From: Eledone cirrhosa
Lineage: Eukaryota
Length of the DNA: 64,000 nt
Assembly (NCBI GenBank): GCA_964016885.1
Contig: OZ024741.1
Span: forward strand, 410,688,001 to 410,752,000
Direction: 5' to 3'
Below the pieces are notes generated by a model. The model searched no databases, had not been told where the DNA came from, and saw only the letters and a program-made list of their open reading frames with translations. Each line of letters starts with the position of its first letter. Position 1 is the first letter of the stretch. The position numbers were made by a program, and so were the translations under genes. Of this stretch, positions 1 through 15,000 are shown one piece after another.

Positions 1-3000
1 GTGACAGTAGAGTGTATATACTATATCTGTGACAGTAGAGTGTATATACTATATCTGTGACAGTAGAGTGTATATACTATATCTGTGACAGTAGAGTGTA
101 TATACTATATATCTGAGACAGTAGAGTGTATATACTATATCAGTGACAGTAGAGTGTATATACTATATCTGTGACAGTAGAGTGTATATACTATATCTGT
201 GACAGTAGAGTGTATATACTATATATCTGAGACAGTAGAGTGTATATACTATATCTGTGACAGTTGAGTGTATATACTATATCTGTGACAGTAGAGTGTA
301 TATACTATATCTGTGACAGTAGAGTGTATATACTATATATCTGAGACAGTAGAGTGTATATACTATATATCTGAGACAGTAGAGTGTATATACTATATCT
401 GTGACAGTAGAGTGTATATACTATATCTGTGACAGTAGAGTGTATATACTATATCTGTGAGACAGTAGAGTGTATATACTATATCTGTGACAGTAGAGTG
501 TATATACTATATCTGTGACAGTAGAGTGTATATACTATATATCTGTGACAGTAGAGTGTATATACTATATATCTGTGACAGTAGAGTGTATATACTATAT
601 ATCTGAGACAGTAGAGTGTATATACTATATATCTGAGACAGTAGCGTGTATATACTATATCTGTGACAGTAGAGTGTATATACTATATATCTGAGACAGT
701 AGAGTGTATATACTATATCTGTGACAGTAGAGTGTATATACTATATCTGTGACAGTAGAGTGTATATACTATATCTGTGACAGTAGAGTGTATATACTAT
801 ATCTGTGACAGTAGAGTGTATATACTATATATCTGAGACAGTAGAGTGTATATACTATATCTGTGAGAGTAGAGTGTATATACTATATCTGTGACAGTAG
901 AGTGTATATACTATATCTGTGACAGTAGAGTGTATATACTATATCTGTGACAGTAGAGTGTATATACTATATCTGTGAGACAGTAGAGTGTATATACTAT
1001 ATATCTGTGACAGTAGAGTGTATATACTATATCTGAGACAGTAGAGTGTATATACTATATCTGTGTGACAGTAGAGTGTATATACTATATCTGTGAGACA
1101 GTAGAGTGTATATACTATATATCTGTGTCAGTAGAGTGTATATACTATATCTGAGACAGTAGAGTGTATATACTATATCTGAGACAGTAGAGTGTATATA
1201 CTATATCTGTGAGACAGTAGAGTGTATATACTATATATCTGTGTCAGTAGAGTGTATATACTATATCTGAGACAGTAGAGTGTATATACTATATCTGAGA
1301 CAGTAGAGTGTATAAACTATATCTGAGACAGTAGAGTGTATATACTATATCTGTGACAGTAGAGTGTATATACTATATATCTGTGACAGTAGAGTGTATA
1401 TACTATATCTGTGAGACAGTAGAGTGTATATACTATATATCTGTGACAGTAGAGTGTATATACTATATCTGTCACAGTAGAGTGTATATACTATATATCT
1501 GTCACAGTAGAGTGTATATACTATATATCTGTGACAGTAGAGTGCATATACTATATCTGAGACAGTAGAGTGTATAAACTATATCTGAGACAGTAGAGTG
1601 TATATACTATATCTGTGACAGTAGAGTGTATATACTATATATCTGTGACAGTAGAGTGTATATACTATATCTGTGAGACAGTAGAGTGTATATACTATAT
1701 ATCTGTGACAGTAGAGTGTATATACTATATCTGTCACAGTAGAGTGTATATACTATATATCTGTCACAGTAGAGTGTATATACTATATATCTGTGACAGT
1801 AGAGTGTATATACTATATCTGTGAGACAGTAGAGTGTATATACTATATCTGTGACAGTAGAGTGTATATACTATATATCTGTGACAGTAGAGTGTATATA
1901 CTATATCTGTGACAGTAGAGTGTATATACTATATCTGTGACAGTAGAGTGTATATACTATATCTGTGACAGTAGAGTGTATATACTATATATCTGAGACA
2001 GTAGAGTGTATATACTATATCTGTGACAGTAGAGTGTATATACTATATCTGTGACAGTAGAGTGTATATACTATATATCTGAGACAGTAGAGTGTATATA
2101 CTATATCTTTGACAGTAGAGTGTATATACTATATCTGTGACAGTAGAGTGTATATACTATATATCTGAGACAGTAGAGTGTATATACTATATATCTGTGA
2201 CAGTAGAGTGTATCTACTATATCTGTGACAGTAGAGTGTATATACTATATCTGTGACAGTAGACTGTATATACTATATATCTGAGACAGTAGAGTGTATA
2301 TACTATATCTGTGACAGTAGACTGTATATACTATATCTGTGACAGTAGAGTGTATATACTATATCTGTGACAGTAGAGTGTATATACTATATCTTTGACA
2401 GTAGAGTGTATATACTATATATCTGAGACAGTAGAGTGTATATACTATATCTGTGACAGTAGACTGTATATACTATATCTGTGACAGTAGAGTGTATATA
2501 CTATATATCTGAGACAGTAGAGTGTATATACTATATATCTGAGACAGTAGAGTGTATATACTATATCTGTGACAGTAGAGTGTATATACTATATATCTGT
2601 GACAGTAGAGTGTATATACTATATCTGTGACAGTAGAGTGTATATACTATATCTGTGACAGTAGAGTGTATATACTATATCTGTGACAGTAGAGTGTATA
2701 TACTATATATCTGAGACAGTAGAGTGTATATACTATATCTGTGACAGTAGAGTGTATATGCTATATCTGTGACAGTAGAGTGTATATACTATATCTGTGA
2801 CAGTAGAGTGTATATACTATATCTGTGACAGTAGAGTGTATATACTATATCTGTGACAGTAGAGTGTATATACTATACCTGTGACAGTAGAGTGTATATA
2901 CTATATCTGTGACAGTAGAGTATATATACTATATCTGTGACAGTAGAGTGTATATACTATATCTGTGACAGTAGAGTGTATATACTATATATCTGTGACA

Positions 3001-6000
3001 GTAGAGTGTATATACTATATCTGTGACAGTAGAGTGTATATGCTATATCTGTGACAGTAGAGTGTATATACTATATCTGTGAGACATTAGAGTGTATATA
3101 CTATATCTGTGACAGTAGAGTATATATACTATATCTGTGAAGGTAGCGTGTATATACTATATATCTGAGACAGTAGAGTGTATATACTATATCTGTGAGA
3201 CAGTAGAGTGTATATACTATATCTGTGACAGTAGAGTGTATATACTATATCTGTGACAGTAGAGTGTATATGCTATATCTGTGACAGTAGAGTGTATATA
3301 CTATATCTGTGAGACATTAGAGTGTATATACTATATCTGTGACAGTAGAGTATATATACTATATCTGTGAAGGTAGCGTGTATATACTATATATCTGAGA
3401 CAGTAGAGTGTATATGCTATATCTGTGACAGTAGAGTGTATATACTATATCTGTGAGACATTAGAGTGTATATACTATATCTGTGACAGTAGAGTATATA
3501 TACTATATCTGTGAAGGTAGCGTCTATATACTATATATCTGAGACAGTAGAGTGTATATACTATATATCTGTGACAGTAGAGTGTATATACTATATCTGT
3601 GAGACAGTAGAGTGTATATACTATATCTGTGACAGTAGAGTGTATATGCTATATCTGTGACAGTAGAGTGTATATACTATATCTGTGAGACATTAGAGTG
3701 TATATACTATATCTGTGACAGTAGAGTATATATACTATATCTGTGAAGGTAGCGTGTATATACTATATATCTGAGACAGTAGAGTGTATATACTATATAT
3801 CTGTGACAGTAGAGTGTATATACTATATCTGTGACAGTAGAGGGTATATACTATATCTGTGACAGTAGAGTGTATATACTATATCTGTGAGAGTAGAGTG
3901 TATATACTATATCTGTGACAGTAGAGTGTATATACTATATCTGAGACAGTAGAGTGTATATACTATATCTGTGTGACAGTAGAGTGTATATACTATATAT
4001 CTGAGACAGTAGAGTGTATATACTATATCTGTGAGACAGTAGAGTGTATATACTATATCTGTGACAGTAGAGTGTATATACTATATCTGTGTGACAGTAG
4101 AGTGTATATACTATATCTGTGACAGTAGAGTGTATATACTATATCTGTGACAGTAGAGTGTATATACTATATCTGTGACAGTAGAGTGTATATACTATAT
4201 CTGTGACAGTAGAGTGTATATACTATATCTGTGACAGTAGAGTGTATATACTATATCTGTGACAGTAGAGTGTATATACTATATATCTGAGACAGTAGAG
4301 TGTATATACTATATCAGTGACAGTAGAGTGTATATACTATATCTGTGACAGTAGAGTGTATATACTATATCTGTGACAGTAGAGTGTATATACTATATAT
4401 CTGAGACAGTAGAGTGTATATACTATATCTGTGACAGTAGAGTGTATATACTATATCTGTGACAGTAGAGTGTATATACTATATCTGTGACAGTAGAGTG
4501 TATATACTATATATCTGAGACAGTAGAGTGTATATACTATATATGTGAGACAGTAGAGTGTATATACTATATCTGTGACAGTAGAGTGTATATACTATAT
4601 CTGTGACAGTAGAGTGTATATACTATATCTGTGAGACAGTAGAGTGTATATACTATATCTGTGACAGTAGAGTGTATATACTATATCTGTGACAGTAGAG
4701 TGTATATACTATATATCTGTGACAGTAGAGTGTATATACTATATATCTGTGACAGTAGAGTGTATATACTATATATCTGAGACAGTAGAGTGTATATACT
4801 ATATATCTGAGACAGTAGCGTGTATATACTATATCCGTGACAGTAGAGTGTATATACTATATATCTGAGACAGTAGAGTGTATATACTATATCTGTGACA
4901 GTAGAGTGTGTATACTATATCTGTGACAGTAGAGTGTATATACTATATCTGTGACAGTAGAGTGTATATACTATATCTGTGACAGTAGAGTGTATATACT
5001 ATATATCTGAGACAGTAGAGTGTATATACTATATCTGTGAGAGTAGAGTGTATATACTATATCTGTGACAGTAGAGTGTATATACTATATCTGTGACAGT
5101 AGAGTGTATATACTATATCTGTGACAGTAGAGTGTATATACTATATCTGTGAGACAGTAGAGTGTATATACTATATATCTGTGACAGTAGAGTGTATATA
5201 CTATATCTGAGACAGTAGAGTGTATATACTATATCTGTGTGACAGTAGAGTGTATATACTATATCTGTGAGACAGTAGAGTGTATATACTATATATCTGT
5301 GTCAGTAGAGTGTATATACTATATCTGAGACAGTAGAGTGTATATACTATATCTGAGACAGTAGAGTGTATATACTATATCTGTGAGACAGTAGAGTGTA
5401 TATACTATATATCTGTGTCAGTAGAGTGTATATACTATATCTGAGACAGTAGAGTGTACATACTATATCTGAGACAGTAGAGTGTATAAACTATATCTGA
5501 GACAGTAGAGTGTATATACTATATCTGTGACAGTAGAGTGTATATACTATATATCTGTGACAGTAGAGTGTATATACTATATCTGTGAGACAGTAGAGTG
5601 TATATACTATATATCTGTGACAGTAGAGTGTATATACTATATCTGTCACAGTAGAGTGTATATACTATATATCTGTCACAGTAGAGTGTATATACTATAT
5701 ATCTGTGACAGTAGAGTGTATATACTATATCTGAGACAGTAGAGTGTATAAACTATATCTGAGACAGTAGAGTGTATATACTATATCTGTGACAGTAGAG
5801 TGTATATACTATATATCTGTGACAGTAGAGTGTATATACTATATCTGTGAGACAGTAGAGTGTATATACTATATATCTGTGACAGTAGAGTGTATATACT
5901 ATATCTGTCACAGTAGAGTGTATATACTATATATCTGTCACAGTAGAGTGTATATACTATATATCTGTGACAGTAGAGTGTATATACTATATCTGTGAGA

Positions 6001-9000
6001 CAGTAGAGTGCATATACTATATCTGTGACAGTAGAGTGTATATACTATATCTGTGACAGTAGAGTGTATATACTATATCTGTGACAATAGTGTGTATATA
6101 CTATATCTGTGAGACAGTAGAGTGTATATACTATATATCTGAGACAGTAGAGTGTATATACTATATCTGTGACAGTAGAGTGTATATACTATATCTGTGA
6201 CAGTAGAGTGTATATACTATATCTGTGACAGTAGAGTGTATATACTATATATCTGAGACAGTAGAGTGTATATGCTATATCTGTGACAGTAGAGTGTATA
6301 TAATATATCTGTGAGACAGTAGAGTGTATATACTATATATGTGACAGTAGAGTGTATATACTATATATCTGTGACAGTAGAGTGTATATACTATATATCT
6401 GTGACAGTAGAGTGTATATACTATATCTGTGACAGTAGAGTGTATATACTATATCTGTGACAGTAGAGTGTATATACTATATCTGTGACAGTAGAGTGTA
6501 TATACTATATATCTGAGACAGTAGAGTGTATATACTATATCTGTGACAGTAGAGTGTATATACTATATCTGTGACAGTAGAGTGTATATACTATATATCT
6601 GAGACAGTAGAGTGTATATACTATATCTTTGACAGTAGAGTGTATATACTATATCTGTGACAGTAGAGTGTATATACTATATATCTGAGACAGTAGAGTG
6701 TATATACTATATATCTGTGACAGTAGAGTGTATCTACTATATCTGTGACAGTAGAGTGTATATACTATATCTGTGACAGTAGACTGTATATACTATATAT
6801 CTGAGACAGTAGAGTGTATATACTATATCTGTGACAGTAGACTGTATATACTATATCTGTGACAGTAGAGTGTATACACTATATCTGTGACAGTAGAGTG
6901 TATATACTATATCTGTGACAGTAGAGTGTATATACTATATATCTGAGACAGTAGAGTGTATATACTATATCTGTGACAGTAGACTGTATATACTATATCT
7001 GTGACAGTAGAGTGTATATACTATATATCTGAGACAGTAGAGTGTATATACTATATCTTTGACAGTAGAGTGTATATACTATATCTGTGACAGTAGAGTG
7101 TATATACTATATATCTGTGACAGTAGAGTGTATATACTATATATCTGAGACAGTAGAGTGTATATACTATATATCTGAGACAGTAGCGTGTATATACTAT
7201 ATCTGTGACAGTAGAGTATATATACTATATATCTGAGACAGTAGAGTGTATATACTATATCTGTGACAGTAGAGTGTATATACTATATCTGTGACAGTAG
7301 AGTGTATATACTATATCTGTGACAGTAGAGTGTATATACTATATCTGTGACAGTAGAGTGTATATACTATATATCTGAGACAGTAGAGTGTATATACTAT
7401 ATCTGTGAGAGTAGAGTGTATATACTATATCTGTGACAGTAGAGTGTATATACTATATCTGTGACAGTAGAGTGTATATACTATATCTGTGACAGTAGAG
7501 TGTATATACTATATCTGTGAGACAGTAGAGTGTATATACTATATATCTGTGACAGTAGAGTGTATATACTATATCTGAGACAGTAGAGTGTATATACTAT
7601 ATCTGTGTGACAGTAGAGTGTATATACTATATCTGTGAGACAGTAGAGTGTATATACTATATATCTGTGTCAGTAGAGTGTATATACTATATCTGAGACA
7701 GTAGAGTGTATATACTATATCTGAGACAGTAGAGTGTATATACTATATCTGTGAGACAGTAGAGTGTATATACTATATATCTGTGTCAGTAGAGTGTATA
7801 TACTATATCTGAGACAGTAGAGTGTACATACTATATCTGAGACAGTAGAGTGTATAAACTATATCTGAGACAGTAGAGTGTATATACTATATCTGTGACA
7901 GTAGAGTGTATATACTATATATCTGTGACAGTAGAGTGTATATACTATATCTGTGAGACAGTAGAGTGTATATACTATATATCTGTGACAGTAGAGTGTA
8001 TATACTATATCTGTCACAGTAGAGTGTATATACTATATATCTGTCACAGTAGAGTGTATATACTATATATCTGTGACAGTAGAGTGTATATACTATATCT
8101 GAGACAGTAGAGTGTATAAACTATATCTGAGACAGTAGAGTGTATATACTATATCTGTGACAGTAGAGTGTATATACTATATATCTGAGACAGTAGAGTG
8201 TATATACTATATATCTGTGACAGTAGAGTGTATATACTATATCTGTGACAGTAGAGTGTATATACTATATCTGTGACAGTAGAGTGTATATACTATATCT
8301 GTGAGACAGTAGAGTGTATATACTATATATCTGTGACAGTAGAGTGTATATACTATATCTGTCACAGTAGAGTGTATATACTATATATCTGTCACAGTAG
8401 AGTGTATATACTATATATCTGTGACAGTAGAGTGTATATACTATATCTGTGAGACAGTAGAGTGCATATACTATATCTGTGACAGTAGAGTGTATATACT
8501 ATATCTGTGACAGTAGAGTGTATATACTATATCTGTGACAATAGTGTGTATATACTATATCTGTGAGACAGTAGAGTGTATATACTATATATCTGAGACA
8601 GTAGAGTGTATATACTATATCTGTGACAGTAGAGTGTATATACTATATCTGTGACAGTAGAGTGTATATACTATATCTGTGACAGTAGAGTGTATATACT
8701 ATATATCTGAGACAGTAGAGTGTATATGCTATATCTGTGACAGTAGAGTGTATATAATATATCTGTGAGACAGTAGAGTGTATATACTATATATGTGACA
8801 GTAGAGTGTATATACTATATATCTGTGACAGTAGAGTGTATATACTATATATCTGTGACAGTAGAGTGTATATACTATATCTGTGACAGTAGAGTGTATA
8901 TACTATATCTGTGACAGTAGAGTGTATATACTATATCTGTGACAGTAGAGTGTATATACTATATATCTGAGACAGTAGAGTGTATATACTATATCTGTGA

Positions 9001-12000
9001 CAGTAGAGTGTATATACTATATCTGTGACAGTAGAGTGTATATACTATATATCTGAGACAGTAGAGTGTATATACTATATCTTTGACAGTAGAGTGTATA
9101 TACTATATCTGTGACAGTAGAGTGTATATACTATATATCTGAGACAGTAGAGTGTATATACTATATATCTGTGACAGTAGAGTGTATCTACTATATCTGT
9201 GACAGTAGAGTGTATATACTATATCTGTGACAGTAGACTGTATATACTATATATCTGAGACAGTAGAGTGTATATACTATATCTGTGACAGTAGACTGTA
9301 TATACTATATCTGTGACAGTAGAGTGTATATACTATATCTGTGACATTAGAGTGTATATACTATATCTGTGACAGTAGAGTGTATATACTATATATCTGA
9401 GACAGTAGAGTGTATATACTATATCTGTGACAGTAGACTGTATATACTATATCTGTGACAGTAGAGTGTATATACTATATATCTGAGACAGTAGAGTGTA
9501 TATACTATATATCTGAGACAGTAGAGTGTATATACTATATCTGTGACAGTAGAGTGTATATACTATATATCTGTGACAGTAGAGTGTATATACTATATCT
9601 GTGACAGTAGAGTGTATATACTATATCTGTGACAGTAGAGTGTATATACTATATCTGTGACAGTAGAGTGTATATACTATATATCTGAGACAGTAGAGTG
9701 TATATACTATATCTGTGACAGTAGAGTGTATATGCTATATCTGTGACAGTAGAGTGTATATACTATATCTGTGACAGTAGAGTGTATATACTATATCTGT
9801 GACAGTAGAGTGTATATACTATACCTGTGACAGTAGAGTGTATATACTATATCTGTGACAGTAGAGTATATATACTATATCTGTGACAGTAGAGTGTATA
9901 TACTATATCTGTGACAGTAGAGTGTATATACTATATATCTGTGACAGTAGAGTGTATATACTATATCTGTGACAGTAGAGTGTATATACTATATATCTGA
10001 GACAGTAGAGTGTATATACTATATCTGTGACAGTAGAGTGTATATGCTATATCTGTGTCAGTAGAGTGTATATACTATATCTGTGACAGTAGAGTGTATA
10101 TACTATATCTGTGACAGTAGAGTGTATATACTATACCTGTGACAGTAGAGTGTACATACTATATCTGTGACAGTAGAGTATATATACTATATCTGTGACA
10201 GTAGAGTGTATATACTATATCTGTGACAGTAGAGTGTATATACTATATATCTGTGACAGTAGAGTGTATATACTATATCTGTGACAGTAGAGTGTATATG
10301 CTATATCTGTGACAGTAGAGTGTATATACTATATCTGTGAGACATTAGAGTGTATATACTATATCTGTGACAGTAGAGTATATATACTATATCTGTGAAG
10401 GTAGCGTGTATATACTATATATCTGAGACAGTAGAGTGTATATACTATATCTGTGAGACAGTAGAGTGTATATACTATATCTGTGACAGTAGAGTGTATA
10501 TACTATATCTGTGACAGTAGAGTGTATATGCTATATCTGTGACAGTAGAGTGTATATACTATATCTGTGAGACATTAGAGTGTATATACTATATCTGTGA
10601 CAGTAGAGTATATATACTATATCTGTGAAGGTAGCGTGTAGATACTATATATCTGAGACAGTAGAGTGTATATACTATATATCTGTGACAGTAGAGTGTA
10701 TATACTATATCTGTTAGACAGTAGAGTGTATATACTATATCTGTGACAGTAGAGTGTATATACTATATCTGTGACAGTAGAGTGTATATGCTATATCTGT
10801 GACAGTAGAGTGTATATACTATATCTGTGAGACATTAGAGTGTATATACTATATCTGTGACAGTAGAGTATATATACTATATCTGTGAAGGTAGCGTGTA
10901 TATACTATATATCTGAGACAGTAGAGTGTATATACTATATATCTGTGACAGTAGAGTGTATATACTATATCTGTGACAGTAGAGGGTATATACTATATCT
11001 GTGACAGTAGAGTGTATATACTATATCTGTGAGAGTAGAGTGTATATACTATATCTGTGACAGTAGAGTGTATATACTATATCTGTGACAGTAGAGTGTA
11101 TATACTATATCTGTGACAGTAGAGTGTATATACTATATCTGTGACAGTAGAGTGTATATACTATATATCTGAGACAGTAGAGTGTATATACTATATCTGT
11201 GACAGTAGAGTGTATATGCTATATCTGTGACAGTAGAGTGTATATACTATATCTGTGACAGTAGAGTGTATATACTATATCTGTGACAGTAGAGTGTATA
11301 TACTATACCTGTGACAGTAGAGTGTATATACTATATCTGTGACAGTAGAGTATATATACTATATCTGTGACAGTAGAGTGTATATACTATATCTGTGACA
11401 GTAGAGTGTATATACTATATATCTGTGACAGTAGAGTGTATATACTATATCTGTGACAGTAGAGTGTATATACTATATATCTGAGACAGTAGAGTGTATA
11501 TACTATATCTGTGACAGTAGAGTGTATATGCTATATCTGTGACAGTAGAGTGTATATACTATATCTGTGACAGTAGAGTGTATATACTATATCTGTGACA
11601 GTAGAGTGTATATACTATACCTGTGACAGTAGAGTGTATATACTATATCTGTGACAGTAGAGTATATATACTATATCTGTGACAGTAGAGTGTATATACT
11701 ATATCTGTGACAGTAGAGTGTATATACTATATATCTGTGACAGTAGAGTGTATATACTATATCTGTGACAGTAGAGTGTATATGCTATATCTGTGACAGT
11801 AGAGTGTATATACTATATCTGTGAGACATTAGAGTGTATATACTATATCTGTGACAGTAGAGTATATATACTATATCTGTGAAGGTAGCGTGTATATACT
11901 ATATATCTGAGACAGTAGAGTGTATATACTATATCTGTGAGACAGTAGAGTGTATATACTATATCTGTGACAGTAGAGTGTATATACTATATCTGTGACA

Positions 12001-15000
12001 GTAGAGTGTATATGCTATATCTGTGACAGTAGAGTGTATATACTATATCTGTGAGACATTAGAGTGTATATACTATATCTGTGACAGTAGAGTATATATA
12101 CTATATCTGTGAAGGTAGCGTGTAGATACTATATATCTGAGACAGTAGAGTGTATATACTATATATCTGTGACAGTAGAGTGTATATACTATATCTGTTA
12201 GACAGTAGAGTGTATATACTATATCTGTGACAGTAGAGTGTATATACTATATCTGTGACAGTAGAGTGTATATGCTATATCTGTGACAGTAGAGTGTATA
12301 TACTATATCTGTGAGACATTAGAGTGTATATACTATATCTGTGACAGTAGAGTATATATACTATATCTGTGAAGGTAGCGTGTATATACTATATATCTGA
12401 GACAGTAGAGTGTATATACTATATATCTGTGACAGTAGAGTGTATATACTATATCTGTGACAGTAGAGGGTATATACTATATCTGTGACAGTAGAGTGTA
12501 TATACTATATCTGTGAGAGTAGAGTGTATATACTATATCTGTGACAGTAGAGTGTATATACTATATCTGAGACAGTAGAGTTTATATACTATATCTGTGT
12601 GACAGTAGAGTGTATATACTATATATCTGAGACAGTAGAGTGTATATACTATATCTGTGAGACAGTAGAGTGTATATACTATATCTGTGACAGTAGAGTG
12701 TATATACTATATCTGTGTGACAGTAGAGTGTATATACTATATCTGTGACAGTAGAGTGTATATACTATATCTGTGACAGTAGAGTGTATATACTATATCT
12801 GTGACAGTAGAGTGTATATACTATATCTGTGACAGTAGAGTGTATATACTATATCTGTGACAGTAGAGTGTATATACTATATCTGTGTCAGTAGAGTGTA
12901 TATACTATATATCTGAGACAGTAGAGTGTATATACTATATCAGTGACAGTAGAGTGTATATACTATATCTGTGACAGTAGAGTGTATATACTATATCTGT
13001 GACAGTAGAGTGTATATACTATATATCTGAGACAGTAGAGTGTATATACTATATCTGTGACAGTAGAGTGTATATACTATATCTGTGACAGTAGAGTGTA
13101 TATACTATATCTGTGACAGTAGAGTGTATATACTATATATCTGTGACAGTAGAGTGTATATACTATATCTGTGAGACAGTAGAGTGTATATACTATATCT
13201 GTGACAGTAGAGTGTATATACTATATCTGTGACAGTAGAGTGTATATAATATATCTGTGACAATAGTGTGTATATACTATATCTGTGAGACAGTAGAGTG
13301 TATATACTATATCTGTGACAGTGGAGTGTATATACTATATCTGTGACAGTAGAGTGTATATACTATATATCTGAGACAGTAGAGTGTATATACTATATCT
13401 GTGACAGTAGAGTGTATATACTATATCTGTGACAGTAGAGTGTATATACTATATATCTGAGACAGTAGAGTGTATATGCTATATCTGTGACAGTAGAGTG
13501 TATATACTATATCTGTGAGACAGTAGAGTGTATATACTATATCTGTGACAGTAGAGTGTATATACTATATATCTGAGACTCTGTGACAGTAGAGTGTATA
13601 TACTATATATCTGTGACAGTAGAGTGTATATACTATATCTGTGACAGTAGAGTGTATATACTATATATCTGTGACAGTAGAGTGTATATACTATATCTGT
13701 GACAGTAGAGTGTATATACTATATCTGAGACAGTAGAGTGTATATACTATATCTGTGTGACAGTAGAGTGTATATACTATATCTGTGACAGTAGAGTGTA
13801 TATACTATATCTGAGACAGTAGAGTGTATATACTATATCTGAGACAGTAGAGTGTATATACTATATCTGTGTGACAGTAGAGTGTATATACTATATCTGT
13901 GACAGTAGAGTGTATATACTATATCTGAGACAGTAGAGTGTATATACTATATCTGAGTCAGTAGAGTGTATATACTATATCTGTGACAGTAGAGTGCATA
14001 TACTATATATCTGTGACAGTAGAGTGTATATACTATATCTGTGAGACAGTAGAGTGTATATACTATATATCTGTGACAGTAGAGTGTATATACTATATCT
14101 GTGACAGTAGAGTGTATATACTATATCTGTGACAGTAGAGTGTATACACTATATCTGAGACAGTAGAGTGTATATACTATATCTGTGTGACAGTAGAGTG
14201 TATATACTATATCTGTGAGACATTAGAGTGTATATACTATATCTGTGACAGTAGAGTATATATACTATATCTGTGAAGGTAGCGTGTATATACTATATAT
14301 CTGAGACAGTAGAGTGTATATACTATATATCTGTGACAGTAGAGTGTATATACTATATCTGTGAGACAGTAGAGTGTATATACTATATCTGTGACAGTAG
14401 AGTGTATATACTATATCTGTGACAGTAGAGTGTATATGCTATATCTGTGACAGTAGAGTGTATATACTATATCTGTGAGACATTAGAGTGTATATACTAT
14501 ATCTGTGACAGTAGAGTATATATACTATATCTGTGAAGGTAGCGTGTATATACTATATATCTGAGACAGTAGAGTGTATATACTATATATCTGTGACAGT
14601 AGAGTGTATATACTATATCTGTGACAGTAGAGGGTATATACTATATCTGTGACAGTAGAGTGTATATACTATATCTGTGAGAGTAGAGTGTATATACTAT
14701 ATCTGTGACAGTAGAGTGTATATACTATATCTGAGACAGTAGAGTGTATATACTATATCTGTGTGACAGTAGAGTGTATATACTATATATCTGAGACAGT
14801 AGAGTGTATATACTATATCTGTGAGACAGTAGAGTGTATATACTATATCTGTGACAGTAGAGTGTATATACTATATATGTGTGACAGTAGAGTGTATATA
14901 CTATATCTGTGACAGTAGAGTGTATATACTATATCTGTGACAGTAGAGTGTATATACTATATCTGTGACAGTAGAGTGTATATACTATATCTGTGACAGT

